Assembly (NCBI GenBank): GCA_000433675.1
Contig: FR893558.1
Location: 17,547 to 81,546, forward strand
Source: Clostridium sp. CAG:433
Lineage (GTDB): Bacteria > Bacillota_I > Bacilli_A > RF39 > UBA660
Length of the DNA: 64,000 nucleotides
Reading direction: 5' to 3'
Shown: positions 20,774-30,309 of the stretch, piece after piece
How the letters are laid out: each line of letters opens with the position of its first letter
How positions within the stretch are numbered: the first letter of the stretch is position 1
The notes under the pieces: model-generated
What the model was told of the DNA's origin: nothing
Databases searched by the model: none
What the model saw: the letters and a program-made list of their open reading frames with translations, nothing else
Translations under genes and position numbers: made by a program

Positions 20774-21928
20774 TTGGCAAAAAGAGATTATTATGAGGTT
20801 TTAGGAGTATCTAAAACTGCAACTGATAAAGAAATAAAAAGTGCTTTTAGACGTTTAGCAAAAGAATACCATCCTGATTTAAATAAAGCACCAGATGCTG
20901 CTGAAAAATTTAAAGAAGTACAAGAAGCATATGAGGTATTATCTGATGAAAATAAAAGAAAGATGTATGATCAATATGGTCATTCTGCTTTTGATCAAAA
21001 TGGTAATGCTGGTTACGGAGGCTTTGGTGGTGGATTTAACGGAGGCTTCTCATCTTCATCATTTGGTTTTGATGATATAGATTTATCTGATATATTATCA
21101 GGTGTATTTGGCCAAGGTTTTGGCTTTGGTGGTGGAAGCAGAAAAAGTTCTAATAGAGCGCAAAAAGGTAAAGATTTATTATTTAACATGAAATTATCTT
21201 TTATGGAAGCAGTTTATGGATGTAAAAAAGATTTTACACTTGATGTATATGAAACTTGTGATAGCTGTAATGGTAAAGGTGGACATGGAGAAAAGAAATG
21301 TTCAAGATGTCATGGCTCTGGTACAGTAACAGAAGAACAAAGAACAATGTTTGGATCATTTGTTTCAAAAACAACATGTCCTGAGTGTTCAGGAAGAGGT
21401 AAATCATTTGATACTGTATGTTCTGATTGTAAAGGAACAGGTAAAGTAAAAAAGAGAAAAACAATTACAGTCACTGTCCCAGCAGGTATTGATGAAGGCC
21501 AACAAATTCGTATAAAAGAAAAAGGTGAAGCTGGAATTAACGGTGGACCTAATGGTGACGTTTATGTTGAATTTCATATTGAAGACCATCAAATATTTAA
21601 AAGAGATGGTAATGATGTTTATATGGAATTACCTATAAATATAGTTGAAGCAACTTTAGGATGTAAGAAAGATGTTCCATTAATGAAGGAAAGTATAGTA
21701 TTAAATATACCAGAAGGAACTCAAAACGGAGATAAACATAGAATTAAAGGAAAAGGTGTTCCATACATTAATTCATCAAAAGTTGGAGACATGTATATAG
21801 TTATAAAAGTTGTTATACCAACTAAACTTGACAAAAAACAAAGAGAATTATTTAATGAATTATCTAAAACTAATTTAGATGACAATAATGATTTCATAAC
21901 AAAATTTAAAAAATTCTTTAGAAGATAA
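20774..21928 (+). CDS. dnaJ: chaperone DnaJ
   Basis: TTG start; [12 protein letters not shown]-domain with HPD; Gly/Phe region; four CxxCxGxG zinc-finger repeats. Confidence 0.9.
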   Translation: MAKRDYYEVLGVSKTATDKEIKSAFRRLAKEYHPDLNKAPDAAEKFKEVQEAYEVLSDENKRKMYDQYGHSAFDQNGNAGYGGFGGGFNGGFSSSSFGFDDIDLSDILSGVFGQGFGFGGGSRKSSNRAQKGKDLLFNMKLSFMEAVYGCKKDFTLDVYETCDSCNGKGGHGEKKCSRCHGSGTVTEEQRTMFGSFVSKTTCPECSGRGKSFDTVCSDCKGTGKVKKRKTITVTVPAGIDEGQQIRIKEKGEAGINGGPNGDVYVEFHIEDHQIFKRDGNDVYMELPINIVEATLGCKKDVPLMKESIVLNIPEGTQNGDKHRIKGKGVPYINSSKVGDMYIVIKVVIPTKLDKKQRELFNELSKTNLDDNNDFITKFKKFFRR

Positions 21929-21931
21929 TTA

Positions 21932-21958
21932 AAAGTCCTTTAAAAAAGGACTTTTTTG
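21932..21958 (+). terminator. rho-independent terminator after dnaJ
   Basis: AAAGTCCTT-taaaa-AAGGACTTT then TTTTG. Confidence 0.6.
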
Positions 21959-22043
21959 TTGTAAACTATACGTTATTTTAAGAAAATCACTTGATAATAA
22001 ATGATTATAATTGTAAAATTATAAGTAGTAATAGGAGAGTAAT

Positions 22044-23210
22044 ATGAAGAAAAAAGGATTTACATTAATAGAATTATTAGCAGTAATAGTAATACTTGGA
22101 ATAATAACTGTAATAGCAGTACCAAAAGTATTAGATATTATAAATAAATCAAAGGAGAGTGCGTCAAGTAGTAGTATTAAACTTGTAAAAGATGCGATTA
22201 AAACACAAGTAGCTGCAAGTGAATTAACAAATTCAGCATTTACAAAAGAAACTGATGGATGTTATTTATTCAACTTTGATGATCAAACAAGTGGTAACGC
22301 AAAAGCACTAGAAATAAAAAATAAAGATAAAGTATCAGGAAGTATTAAATATTGTAATAATACTTTTACTGATGATACTTTAAAATTTGATGGTAATAGC
22401 ATTAGTAAAGGTGATACAAAAAAGGCAATATGTAAAAGAGCTACAGTACTTCATACAGAAGAATGTACACAAACAGATTCACAATATTATTGTTCCGGTG
22501 CAGGATACACAAATAGTGGTTCAAAAGGAACAAGTACAATCACATATGGTAATCTAGGAACAAATGGAATATTAACTTCGGGAGACGCATTTGATTGTGA
22601 TGTAAATGGTGATGGAATATATAATCCAGAAACAGAAAGATTTTATTATGTAACAGATATGGACGATATAACAGCAGTATTAATATACTATAATAACGTT
22701 AGCGCAGGTAATCCAAGTAATACAAAAAACTATGCATATGATAGTTCAGGAGAAAATTGGCACGGACCAAGAACTGCGATAGAACAATTACCAACAACAA
22801 GTCAATGGAGTAATGTAAGATTAACAAATAATGTAAGACCAATAACAACAAATACAGGGGGGAACACAACAGCAGGAGGGACATTACCAAGTAATTTTAG
22901 TTATGCAGGATATGCAGCAAGATTACTAACAATACAAGAAGTAAAAAAAGGAACAGGATTAAGTAATATACCAACATTGCAAGTAGGAGAATTAGATAAC
23001 TTTACTTATTTACTAGAAAACACAAAATTTGCAAATAATAGTAATGTTGCATGGGCATGGTGGTTAGAAAATTCTCTTTCCGATAATTCTGTGAATGCTT
23101 GGTTTACGTATGGTCATGGTCGCTATGTCAATTATAACACTGTTTCGGATGCTGTTGGCTATGCAGTTCGTCCAGCAATAGAAGTATCAAAAAGTAATAT
23201 AGAATATTAA
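22044..23210 (+). CDS. prepilin-type N-terminal cleavage/methylation domain protein with 360-aa Cys-rich globular domain
   Basis: MKKKGFTLIELLAVIVILGIITVIAVPKV class-III signal peptide; the rest is Thr/Ser/Asn-rich with multiple Cys. Confidence 0.6.
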   Translation: MKKKGFTLIELLAVIVILGIITVIAVPKVLDIINKSKESASSSSIKLVKDAIKTQVAASELTNSAFTKETDGCYLFNFDDQTSGNAKALEIKNKDKVSGSIKYCNNTFTDDTLKFDGNSISKGDTKKAICKRATVLHTEECTQTDSQYYCSGAGYTNSGSKGTSTITYGNLGTNGILTSGDAFDCDVNGDGIYNPETERFYYVTDMDDITAVLIYYNNVSAGNPSNTKNYAYDSSGENWHGPRTAIEQLPTTSQWSNVRLTNNVRPITTNTGGNTTAGGTLPSNFSYAGYAARLLTIQEVKKGTGLSNIPTLQVGELDNFTYLLENTKFANNSNVAWAWWLENSLSDNSVNAWFTYGHGRYVNYNTVSDAVGYAVRPAIEVSKSNIEY

Positions 23211-23244
23211 AAAGGTAAAACTTAAATTAAAGTTCTACCTTTTC
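23210..23244. terminator. bidirectional hairpin between convergent genes
   Basis: AAAAGGTAAAACT-loop-AGTTCTACCTTTT. Confidence 0.45.
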
Positions 23245-24177
23245 TTTTTCTAAAAATTCTTTAAATTCTTCTTTAAATTTTACTAATTCTTTTTGTACTA
23301 CATCAGGGTATACACTATTACAGTTTTTTATTGCTGCATATATATGTTTAAATGTAACTATATCTGAGTTTTCGAATCTAGCATATGTGAAGCATTTTGA
23401 TAAAAGTGCTAATGAAACATCTGGGTATCTTGAATTATTTTCATAAACTCTTTTATATTCACTTGTCATATCAACTATAAATTTACATACATTTTCTAAA
23501 ACCCAATTAGTATATGGCCATCTAACACCAGTTGATTTTTCAATTTTCTTTGTTGTACCCATAAGAATCTTTACAGTTGTTTCTTGATCTGGTTCAGCAA
23601 CTTCTATTCTTTCAAAACGTCTTAAGAATGCTTTATCTTTAAGTAAGTTTTCTTCAAATTCTTGAGTAGTAGTCGCACCAATTATTTTTATTTCACCTCT
23701 ATCAAGTCCAGGTTTTAACATGTTTAGAAAGTCAACATCACCATTTTTTGATGCAGTAACAAGTGTATGTATTTCATCAATAAATAGAATTATATCTTTT
23801 TTACCCATTATTTCATTAATTAAAAGTTGAAGTTTAGAATCTTCAACACCATCACTAGTGTATGTTCCAAGCAAAGAAGAAGTATTTATTTTATAAATCT
23901 TTGAATTAAGAAGTGCATTAGGTACTTCTTTTCTTTGAATTAAATAATTTAATCCTTCAACAATAGCAGTTTTACCTATACCTGGTTTACCTGTTAAAAC
24001 AGCAGACTTTTCAGGACTAAGTAATACAAGTATTAATTTTTTTATTTCTTCTTCTCTAGCAATAGCGGGATTAGTAACATATTCTTTTTTACTTAGATCT
24101 TCAGCATAATTACTAAGCATACTAAATCCATTTGAAAATGGGCTAGGATTATATTCCATAAAATCATTATTATCCAT
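23227..24177 (-). CDS. stand-alone ClpA/ClpB-type AAA+ ATPase, first nucleotide-binding domain (D1) only
   Basis: Walker A GKPGIGKTAIVEGL, Walker B ILFIDEIH, sensor-1 IIGATT, Arg-finger RRFER: collinear with Clp/Hsp100 NBD1. No N-domain, middle domain or NBD2; 316 aa. Confidence 0.6.
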   Translation of the reverse strand: MDNNDFMEYNPSPFSNGFSMLSNYAEDLSKKEYVTNPAIAREEEIKKLILVLLSPEKSAVLTGKPGIGKTAIVEGLNYLIQRKEVPNALLNSKIYKINTSSLLGTYTSDGVEDSKLQLLINEIMGKKDIILFIDEIHTLVTASKNGDVDFLNMLKPGLDRGEIKIIGATTTQEFEENLLKDKAFLRRFERIEVAEPDQETTVKILMGTTKKIEKSTGVRWPYTNWVLENVCKFIVDMTSEYKRVYENNSRYPDVSLALLSKCFTYARFENSDIVTFKHIYAAIKNCNSVYPDVVQKELVKFKEEFKEFLEKEKVEL

Positions 24178-24314
24178 ATATCATTCTCCTTAACAATATT
24201 AGTATACCAAAATATGACATTTTTTACTAGTAAAATTTTGTAAAGAAACATAAATGTTCGTAAAATTCATTGTATATTATTTTTTTCTAATTTATAATGA
24301 AAGTGGTGATAAAT

Positions 24315-25022
24315 ATGCAGAGATATTTTGCAGTAGATAAAGATTTAAATATTAGTGATAAAGATAAACATCATATAATAAATGTAATGAGGATGAAAAT
24401 AAATGACAGAATAGAAATTGTATATGATGAAAAAGTTTATTTGTGTGAAATAAAAGATATATCAAAAAAAGATGTAAGTTATAGTGTAAAAGATATTATT
24501 GATGTAAATAATGAACTTCCTGTAAAGGTAACAATAGCAGTTTCTTTAGTAAATGAAAAGAAACTTGATTTTATTTTACAAAAGTGTACAGAACTTGGTA
24601 TATATGATTTTATACTTGTAAGCTCTGATAGAAGTAAAATAAAAATTGATGGAAAAGAAAATAAGAAAATAGAGAGATGGAACACAATTACAAAGGAAGC
24701 AGCAGAACAATCTCATAGAAATATTAAGCCTATTATTAAAGGTATTATGTCTATAGATGAAGTATCAAAATTGAATTATGATTTAAAACTTACATGCTCA
24801 ACAAAAGAAAATGAAAAAACTATTAAAAATGTGTTACAAAATTCGACAAACTGTGATAGAATTATCATAGTGGTTGGTCCTGAAGGGGGCCTTACTATTT
24901 CTGAAGAAGAAAAATTAGAAAAAAATGGGTTTGTTCCAGTTACTTTAGGTAATTTAATTTTAAGAACTGAAACAGTTCCTATGTATATTATGAGTTTAAT
25001 AAATTATGAGGTGGCATTATGA
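24315..25022 (+). CDS. rsmE: 16S rRNA (uracil1498-N3)-methyltransferase
   Basis: MQRYF start typical of RsmE; SPOUT C-terminal GPEGG motif; ATG 24315 chosen (RBS AAGTGGTGA). Confidence 0.8.
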   Translation: MQRYFAVDKDLNISDKDKHHIINVMRMKINDRIEIVYDEKVYLCEIKDISKKDVSYSVKDIIDVNNELPVKVTIAVSLVNEKKLDFILQKCTELGIYDFILVSSDRSKIKIDGKENKKIERWNTITKEAAEQSHRNIKPIIKGIMSIDEVSKLNYDLKLTCSTKENEKTIKNVLQNSTNCDRIIIVVGPEGGLTISEEEKLEKNGFVPVTLGNLILRTETVPMYIMSLINYEVAL

Positions 25023-25822
25023 AAAATATGGGTTCAATATTATTTAAATTTTCAGATATGGATAAAAGTAGTCAAATATTATTATTTTTAATTGTGCTTG
25101 TATTTTTAATGCTTATAAGTATTACAGTTATTAATCTTATAACTAAAAAGAAAAATAACAAATATGATATGGAAAACAGAAATATTAAAAGATATTCAGA
25201 CTTAATAAAAGAAGAAGATAATGTGGAATCATCTATTACGCCAGCAAAAGTGGTTGAAGCAAAAAAAGAAATGCCAAAATTAATAGTTAAAGAAGAAAAG
25301 AAAAAAACTCCAGAAATTATAGAAAAATTAGATGAAGAAGAAATAGAATCTTTAGAAATAGAAGAACCAAAAGAAGAAGTAATTGTTACAAAACCAAGTA
25401 GTATTGAAGAAATATCAAAATTAATTGAAAATACACTAGAACAAGAACCTATTGATTTAACTAATTTTGAAGAAGAACAAGAAAAAGATGCGATTATAAG
25501 TTATGATGAACTTGTTAAAAGAGCGGGTGCTAAAAAAATAATTTATAGAGCGGAAACAAAAGCAGAAGAAAAGAAAGAGCCTGTTAAGGTTATTAAAACA
25601 GAAAAAAAACAGGAACCATTTATTAATAAAAAAGGAGAATATGCTGGAACATTTAAGGCATCTCAAATAGTTTCACCAATATATGGTGTTAAGAAAAATG
25701 ACGATATTAATGAAAATTTTATTGATTTAGAAGAGTTTAAATTAGATGAAACTAAAAGTGAAGAAGAAAGAGAAAATGAGTTTTTAGGAAACTTAAAAAC
25801 ATTTAGAAATAATCTTGACTAA
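25019..25822 (+). CDS. hypothetical membrane-anchored Lys/Glu-rich protein
   Basis: ATGA overlap with rsmE; TM ILLFLIVLVFLMLISITVINLI then a low-complexity KE-rich region. Confidence 0.4.
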   Translation: MKNMGSILFKFSDMDKSSQILLFLIVLVFLMLISITVINLITKKKNNKYDMENRNIKRYSDLIKEEDNVESSITPAKVVEAKKEMPKLIVKEEKKKTPEIIEKLDEEEIESLEIEEPKEEVIVTKPSSIEEISKLIENTLEQEPIDLTNFEEEQEKDAIISYDELVKRAGAKKIIYRAETKAEEKKEPVKVIKTEKKQEPFINKKGEYAGTFKASQIVSPIYGVKKNDDINENFIDLEEFKLDETKSEEERENEFLGNLKTFRNNLD

Positions 25823-25843
25823 TTAAAAAGTTATGATATCATA

Positions 25844-25870
25844 AAACAGTAATTATTTACTGTTTTTGTT
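25844..25870 (+). terminator. rho-independent terminator
   Basis: AAACAGTAA-ttat-TTACTGTTT then TTG TTTT. Confidence 0.5.
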
Positions 25871-25887
25871 TTAAGAGGAGGTATATT

Positions 25888-27192
25888 ATGAAAGTTGGAT
25901 TTTGTTCATTAGGTTGTAAAGTTAATGCATATGAAACAGAATACGCAATTAATGAATTTAAAAAAAGAGGTTATGAGATAGTATCTTTTGATGATTATGC
26001 AGATGTTTATGTAGTAAATACTTGTTCTGTTACTAATGCAAGTGATCAAAAAAGTAGAAAAATGCTTAGAAGTGCATGTAATAAAAATAAGAATGCTGTT
26101 GTTGTTGCAATGGGTTGTTATGCTCAGGTTAATTCAAAAGTAATAGAAGATATAGATGGTGTTTCAATAATTATAGGTAATAAAGATAAAAATAAAATAG
26201 TAGATTTAGTAGAAGAATATATAAAGAATAATAAAAAAATAGAAAATATTTATGATTTATTTCATACATCTTTTGAAGATATGTATTTAGATAAATTTGA
26301 AAATCATACAAGAGCATTTGTTAAGATTCAAGATGGATGTAATAACTTTTGTTCATATTGTATAATTCCATATACAAGAGGTAATGTAAGAAGTAAGAAA
26401 AAAGAAAATGTAATTAGTGAAATAAAAGCACTTGTTAAAAATGGTTATAAAGAAGTTGTATTAACTGGAATACATACAGGTCATTATGGTCAAGATTTAA
26501 AAGAATATGATTTTAGTGACTTACTTTTAGAGTTAGAACAAATAGATGGTTTAGAAAGAATTAGAATATCATCAATTGAAATAACAGAATTAACAGATAA
26601 ATTTATGGATGTACTTAAAACAAGCAAAAAAATAGTTAATCATATTCATATTCCTCTTCAAAGTGGTTGTGATAAGATTTTAAAAGCAATGAATAGAAAA
26701 TATGATATGCAGTATTTTATTAATAAAATAAATCAAATTAGAAGTATTAGAAAAGATATAGCAATAACAAGTGATGTTATAGTAGGTTTTCCAGGTGAAA
26801 CAGATGAAGATTTTAATATAACAAAAGAAAATATTAAGAAAATTAAATTTACTGAACTTCATGTATTTCCATATTCAAAAAGAGAAGGTACACCAGCTGC
26901 GATTATGAAAAAACAAATAGATGGAAATATTAAAAAGCAAAGAGTAAAAGAATTAATTGAAGTAAGTGAAGAATTAAAAAATGAATACTATAAAAAATTT
27001 ATAGGTAAATCTTTAGAAGTATTAGTTGAAACATATTCGGATGGATATTTAATTGGTCATTTATCAAACTATGGTAAAGTTAAATTTAAAGGTGATGAAA
27101 GTCTTTTACATAATCTAGTAATGGTTAAATTAAATGATTATATAAATGATGAATTTATGGGTGGACTTATAAAAGAAGAAGTACAGGTTTAA
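25888..27192 (+). CDS. mtaB: tRNA methylthiotransferase MtaB (MiaB-like radical SAM)
   Basis: N-terminal MTTase domain; CxxxCxxC (CNNFCSYC); C-terminal TRAM; rsmE-mtaB order as Bacillus yqeU-yqeV. Confidence 0.8.
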   Translation: MKVGFCSLGCKVNAYETEYAINEFKKRGYEIVSFDDYADVYVVNTCSVTNASDQKSRKMLRSACNKNKNAVVVAMGCYAQVNSKVIEDIDGVSIIIGNKDKNKIVDLVEEYIKNNKKIENIYDLFHTSFEDMYLDKFENHTRAFVKIQDGCNNFCSYCIIPYTRGNVRSKKKENVISEIKALVKNGYKEVVLTGIHTGHYGQDLKEYDFSDLLLELEQIDGLERIRISSIEITELTDKFMDVLKTSKKIVNHIHIPLQSGCDKILKAMNRKYDMQYFINKINQIRSIRKDIAITSDVIVGFPGETDEDFNITKENIKKIKFTELHVFPYSKREGTPAAIMKKQIDGNIKKQRVKELIEVSEELKNEYYKKFIGKSLEVLVETYSDGYLIGHLSNYGKVKFKGDESLLHNLVMVKLNDYINDEFMGGLIKEEVQV

Positions 27193-27272
27193 GAGGTTAC
27201 AAAACGTAATCTTTTTTTCTTGAATTAATAAGTTTTTTATTATATAATAATTTGCAAGAAAGAGATGATATT

Positions 27273-27749
27273 ATGAAATTGGTTACAAAATTTGTATGTA
27301 AATTTTTTAAAACTGACGACATAATACGTTATGTAATGGATTTTGATTCTGAACTTAATAGTGAAGAAATTGATATACTTGTTAAAAAAATATGTAGTTC
27401 TAATAATTTTACTTATATATATTGGTTTACTTATGTTACTAAAAATTTAAGTGAAGAAAATAAAAAGACTTTAGTAAATGCTGTTTGTAATATGGAAAAT
27501 TCAAAATCTATATATGTATTTGCAAAATATATCAAGGGTTTAAGTGAAGAAAATAAAAAGGCTTTAAAAAGTGCTATATTAAGTTTAAATGATACAGAAT
27601 TTATTGATAGATATGCATTATATGTTGATGAATCAATTATATTTGAAAAATATGGAACTATGGAAAACTTTCATATGCATTTAAATGAAGTAGAAACTAA
27701 TAAAAAAGATAGTATATTAAAACATAAAAAATATGTTTATAAAATATAA
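27273..27749 (+). CDS. hypothetical protein with internal LSEENKK[TA]L duplication
   Basis: ATG 27273 behind AGAAAGAG; no known motifs. Confidence 0.35.
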   Translation: MKLVTKFVCKFFKTDDIIRYVMDFDSELNSEEIDILVKKICSSNNFTYIYWFTYVTKNLSEENKKTLVNAVCNMENSKSIYVFAKYIKGLSEENKKALKSAILSLNDTEFIDRYALYVDESIIFEKYGTMENFHMHLNEVETNKKDSILKHKKYVYKI

Positions 27750-27750
27750 T

Positions 27751-27778
27751 AAGGTACTTAAAAAATGTACCTTTTTTT
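27751..27778 (+). terminator. rho-independent terminator
   Basis: AAGGTAC-ttaaaaaat-GTACCTT then TTTTTTG. Confidence 0.55.
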
Positions 27779-27806
27779 GATATAATTATGTTTAGTGAGG
27801 TTAAAT

Positions 27807-29999
27807 ATGAAAGACTATATAAAAGGAACATTTAAAAAAATTATATTTAAGTCAGATCAAAATTATATAATAGGTTTATTTAAAGTTAGTGATACAAATA
27901 CTGCTGATTTAGAAGAATATATTGGTTCAACTATAACATTTACTGGGTATTTTCATGAACTTACTATAGATGAAAAATACATGTTTTATGGTGAACTTGT
28001 AGATAATCCAAAATATGGACTTCAATATAAAGTAAATGAATATGAAAGAGTTAAACCAGAGGGAAAAGATGCAATTATTGATTTTTTATCAAGTGATTTA
28101 TTTCCTGGAGTAGGTGAAAAAAGTGCTAAACAAATAGTAAACATTTTAGGCGATGATACATTAAATTTAATAATGGAAGATTATTCTAACCTTTTACTTG
28201 TACCAAATATGAAAGAATCGAAAGCAAAGAATATACATGATATATTAAGTAAGTATAATGAAAGTTATGATACTATTATATATCTTACTTCAATAGGCTT
28301 TTCTATGAAAGATTCAATGCTTATATATAATAATTATAAAGAAATGACAAAATATATAATAGAAGAAGATGTATATGCTCTAATAGATGATATTGATGAA
28401 ATAAATTTTGCCAAAATAGAATTAGTTCGTAAAAATCTTAATATAAGTGATTTAGATGGAAGAAGAATTATGGCACTTGTTATATATGTAATGAACGATT
28501 TATGTTTTAAAAATGGAGATACGTTTCTTTACTTTGATGAAATATATGATGGAGTTATTAAGTTACTTGACTATGAATTTAGTAAAGACGAATTTTATGA
28601 TATTTTAATAGAAATTGCAAATACGGGTAAAATAAAAATTGAAGAAGATGAATATTACCTAAAAGAATATTTTGATTCAGAAAATAATATTGCAAATACA
28701 ATTTATCATTTAACAAATAAAAATGATACAAAGTATAAAAAAATCGAAAAAGAAATTGAGTCACTTGAAAATTATTTTGATGTTACTTATAACGAAAAAC
28801 AAATTTTAGCAATTAAAAATGCTTATGAAAAAAATTTTAGTATAATAACAGGTGGACCAGGAACAGGTAAAACAACTATAATAAAAGCAATTGTAGAACT
28901 TTATAGAAGACTACATAAATATAGTTATGATGAGCTTACTAGTAAACTTATATTACTTGCGCCAACTGGAAGAGCAGCTAAAAGAATGAGTGAATCATGT
29001 CTTCTTCCAGCGTATACAATACATAGGTTTTTAAAATGGAATAAAGAATCTAATAAGTTTTTAGTAAATGAAAGTAATAAATCTAATGCAGAATTTGTAA
29101 TAATAGATGAGGTAAGTATGATTGATGTTAACTTACTTGATAATTTATTTAAAGGTCTTAGTAAAAATATAAAAATAGTTATGATAGGTGATTATAATCA
29201 GCTTGAAAGCGTTGGACCTGGTAAAGTATTAAAAGATTTAATTGATAGTGATATGATTAATGTAACTTTTTTAAATGAACTTTATAGACAAGATGAAAAT
29301 TCTTATATAGCAACTCTTGCTTCAGAAATAAAGAAAAATGATTTAAGTGAAGACTTTTTAACTAAAAAAGAAGATTATAGTTTTATAGAGGCAAATGCAT
29401 CTAATTTAAAAAAATATATTGAAAAAGTATGTTTAATGGCAATAGAAAAAGGATATTCATCTGATGATATACAACTATTAGCGCCAATGTATAAAGGTGA
29501 AAATGGTATAGATAATTTAAATAAATTACTTCAAAGTATATTTAATCCTGATAGAGGACAAAATAGTATTGTATCAAAAGATGTAATTTATAGAGAAAAT
29601 GATAAAATTTTACAACTTGAAAATGATCCTGATAATAATGTATTTAATGGTGATATTGGTTATATTATGGATATTACTGGAAGTACAATAACTGTAGATT
29701 TTGATGGTAATATTGTAAAGTATACACCAAAGGATTTCATTAAAATTAAACATGGATACGCTATAAGTATTCATAAAGCACAAGGTAGTGAATTTAAACT
29801 TGTTATTTTACCAATAATCTTTTCATACAGAATTATGCTTTATAAAAAAATAATTTATACTGCAGTAACAAGAGCAAGAAATAATCTAACTATTATTGGT
29901 GATCCATCATCTTTTGTCTATGCAGTTAATAATGAAAATGTTTATGAAAGAAAAACTAAATTAAAAGATAGATTATTATCATATTTAATGAATATTTAA
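27807..29999 (+). CDS. recD2: ATP-dependent RecD-like DNA helicase
   Basis: GGPGTGKTT Walker A, IIDEVSM Walker B, RecD/TraA family C-terminus; 731 aa from ATG 27807 (RBS AGTGAGGT). Confidence 0.85.
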   Translation: MKDYIKGTFKKIIFKSDQNYIIGLFKVSDTNTADLEEYIGSTITFTGYFHELTIDEKYMFYGELVDNPKYGLQYKVNEYERVKPEGKDAIIDFLSSDLFPGVGEKSAKQIVNILGDDTLNLIMEDYSNLLLVPNMKESKAKNIHDILSKYNESYDTIIYLTSIGFSMKDSMLIYNNYKEMTKYIIEEDVYALIDDIDEINFAKIELVRKNLNISDLDGRRIMALVIYVMNDLCFKNGDTFLYFDEIYDGVIKLLDYEFSKDEFYDILIEIANTGKIKIEEDEYYLKEYFDSENNIANTIYHLTNKNDTKYKKIEKEIESLENYFDVTYNEKQILAIKNAYEKNFSIITGGPGTGKTTIIKAIVELYRRLHKYSYDELTSKLILLAPTGRAAKRMSESCLLPAYTIHRFLKWNKESNKFLVNESNKSNAEFVIIDEVSMIDVNLLDNLFKGLSKNIKIVMIGDYNQLESVGPGKVLKDLIDSDMINVTFLNELYRQDENSYIATLASEIKKNDLSEDFLTKKEDYSFIEANASNLKKYIEKVCLMAIEKGYSSDDIQLLAPMYKGENGIDNLNKLLQSIFNPDRGQNSIVSKDVIYRENDKILQLENDPDNNVFNGDIGYIMDITGSTITVDFDGNIVKYTPKDFIKIKHGYAISIHKAQGSEFKLVILPIIFSYRIMLYKKIIYTAVTRARNNLTIIGDPSSFVYAVNNENVYERKTKLKDRLLSYLMNI

Positions 30000-30068
30000 T
30001 TCTCTTTAGTAAATAATATAAATGGCATTATATTTTGCCAAAATCAGATTATTAAAGAGGTGAAACAA

Positions 30069-30227
30069 ATGAAAAAAACACTAGGCATGATGGTACTTGG
30101 AGCCGGTATGGGTGCTGGAGCAGTTTATATGTATGACCAATATAAATCTGGTAACTTAAATAAAATAGCTAAAAAGGTTAGTAAAGCCGGTAAAGATGTA
30201 TCAAAAATGATAGATGATCTGAACTAA
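30069..30227 (+). CDS. small Gly-rich membrane protein (52 aa)
   Basis: AAAGAGGTGA RBS; MKKTLGMMVLGAGMGAGAVYMY...; followed immediately by a terminator. Below the tool 60-aa cutoff. Confidence 0.35.
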   Translation: MKKTLGMMVLGAGMGAGAVYMYDQYKSGNLNKIAKKVSKAGKDVSKMIDDLN

Positions 30228-30257
30228 GAAAAAATCAAATGATTTTTTCTTTTTTTA
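30228..30257 (+). terminator. rho-independent terminator
   Basis: GAAAAAATCA-aa-TGATTTTTTC then TTTTTTTAT. Confidence 0.6.
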
Positions 30258-30309
30258 TAAAATAATATGTTATAATATATATCCGTGTGTAAAGGAGGAA
30301 AAAAATAAA

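Noticed and set aside
20895-21592. Several short ORFs (+ and -) overlapping dnaJ
   Set aside because: Alternative-frame or antisense artefacts within a well-supported DnaJ CDS.
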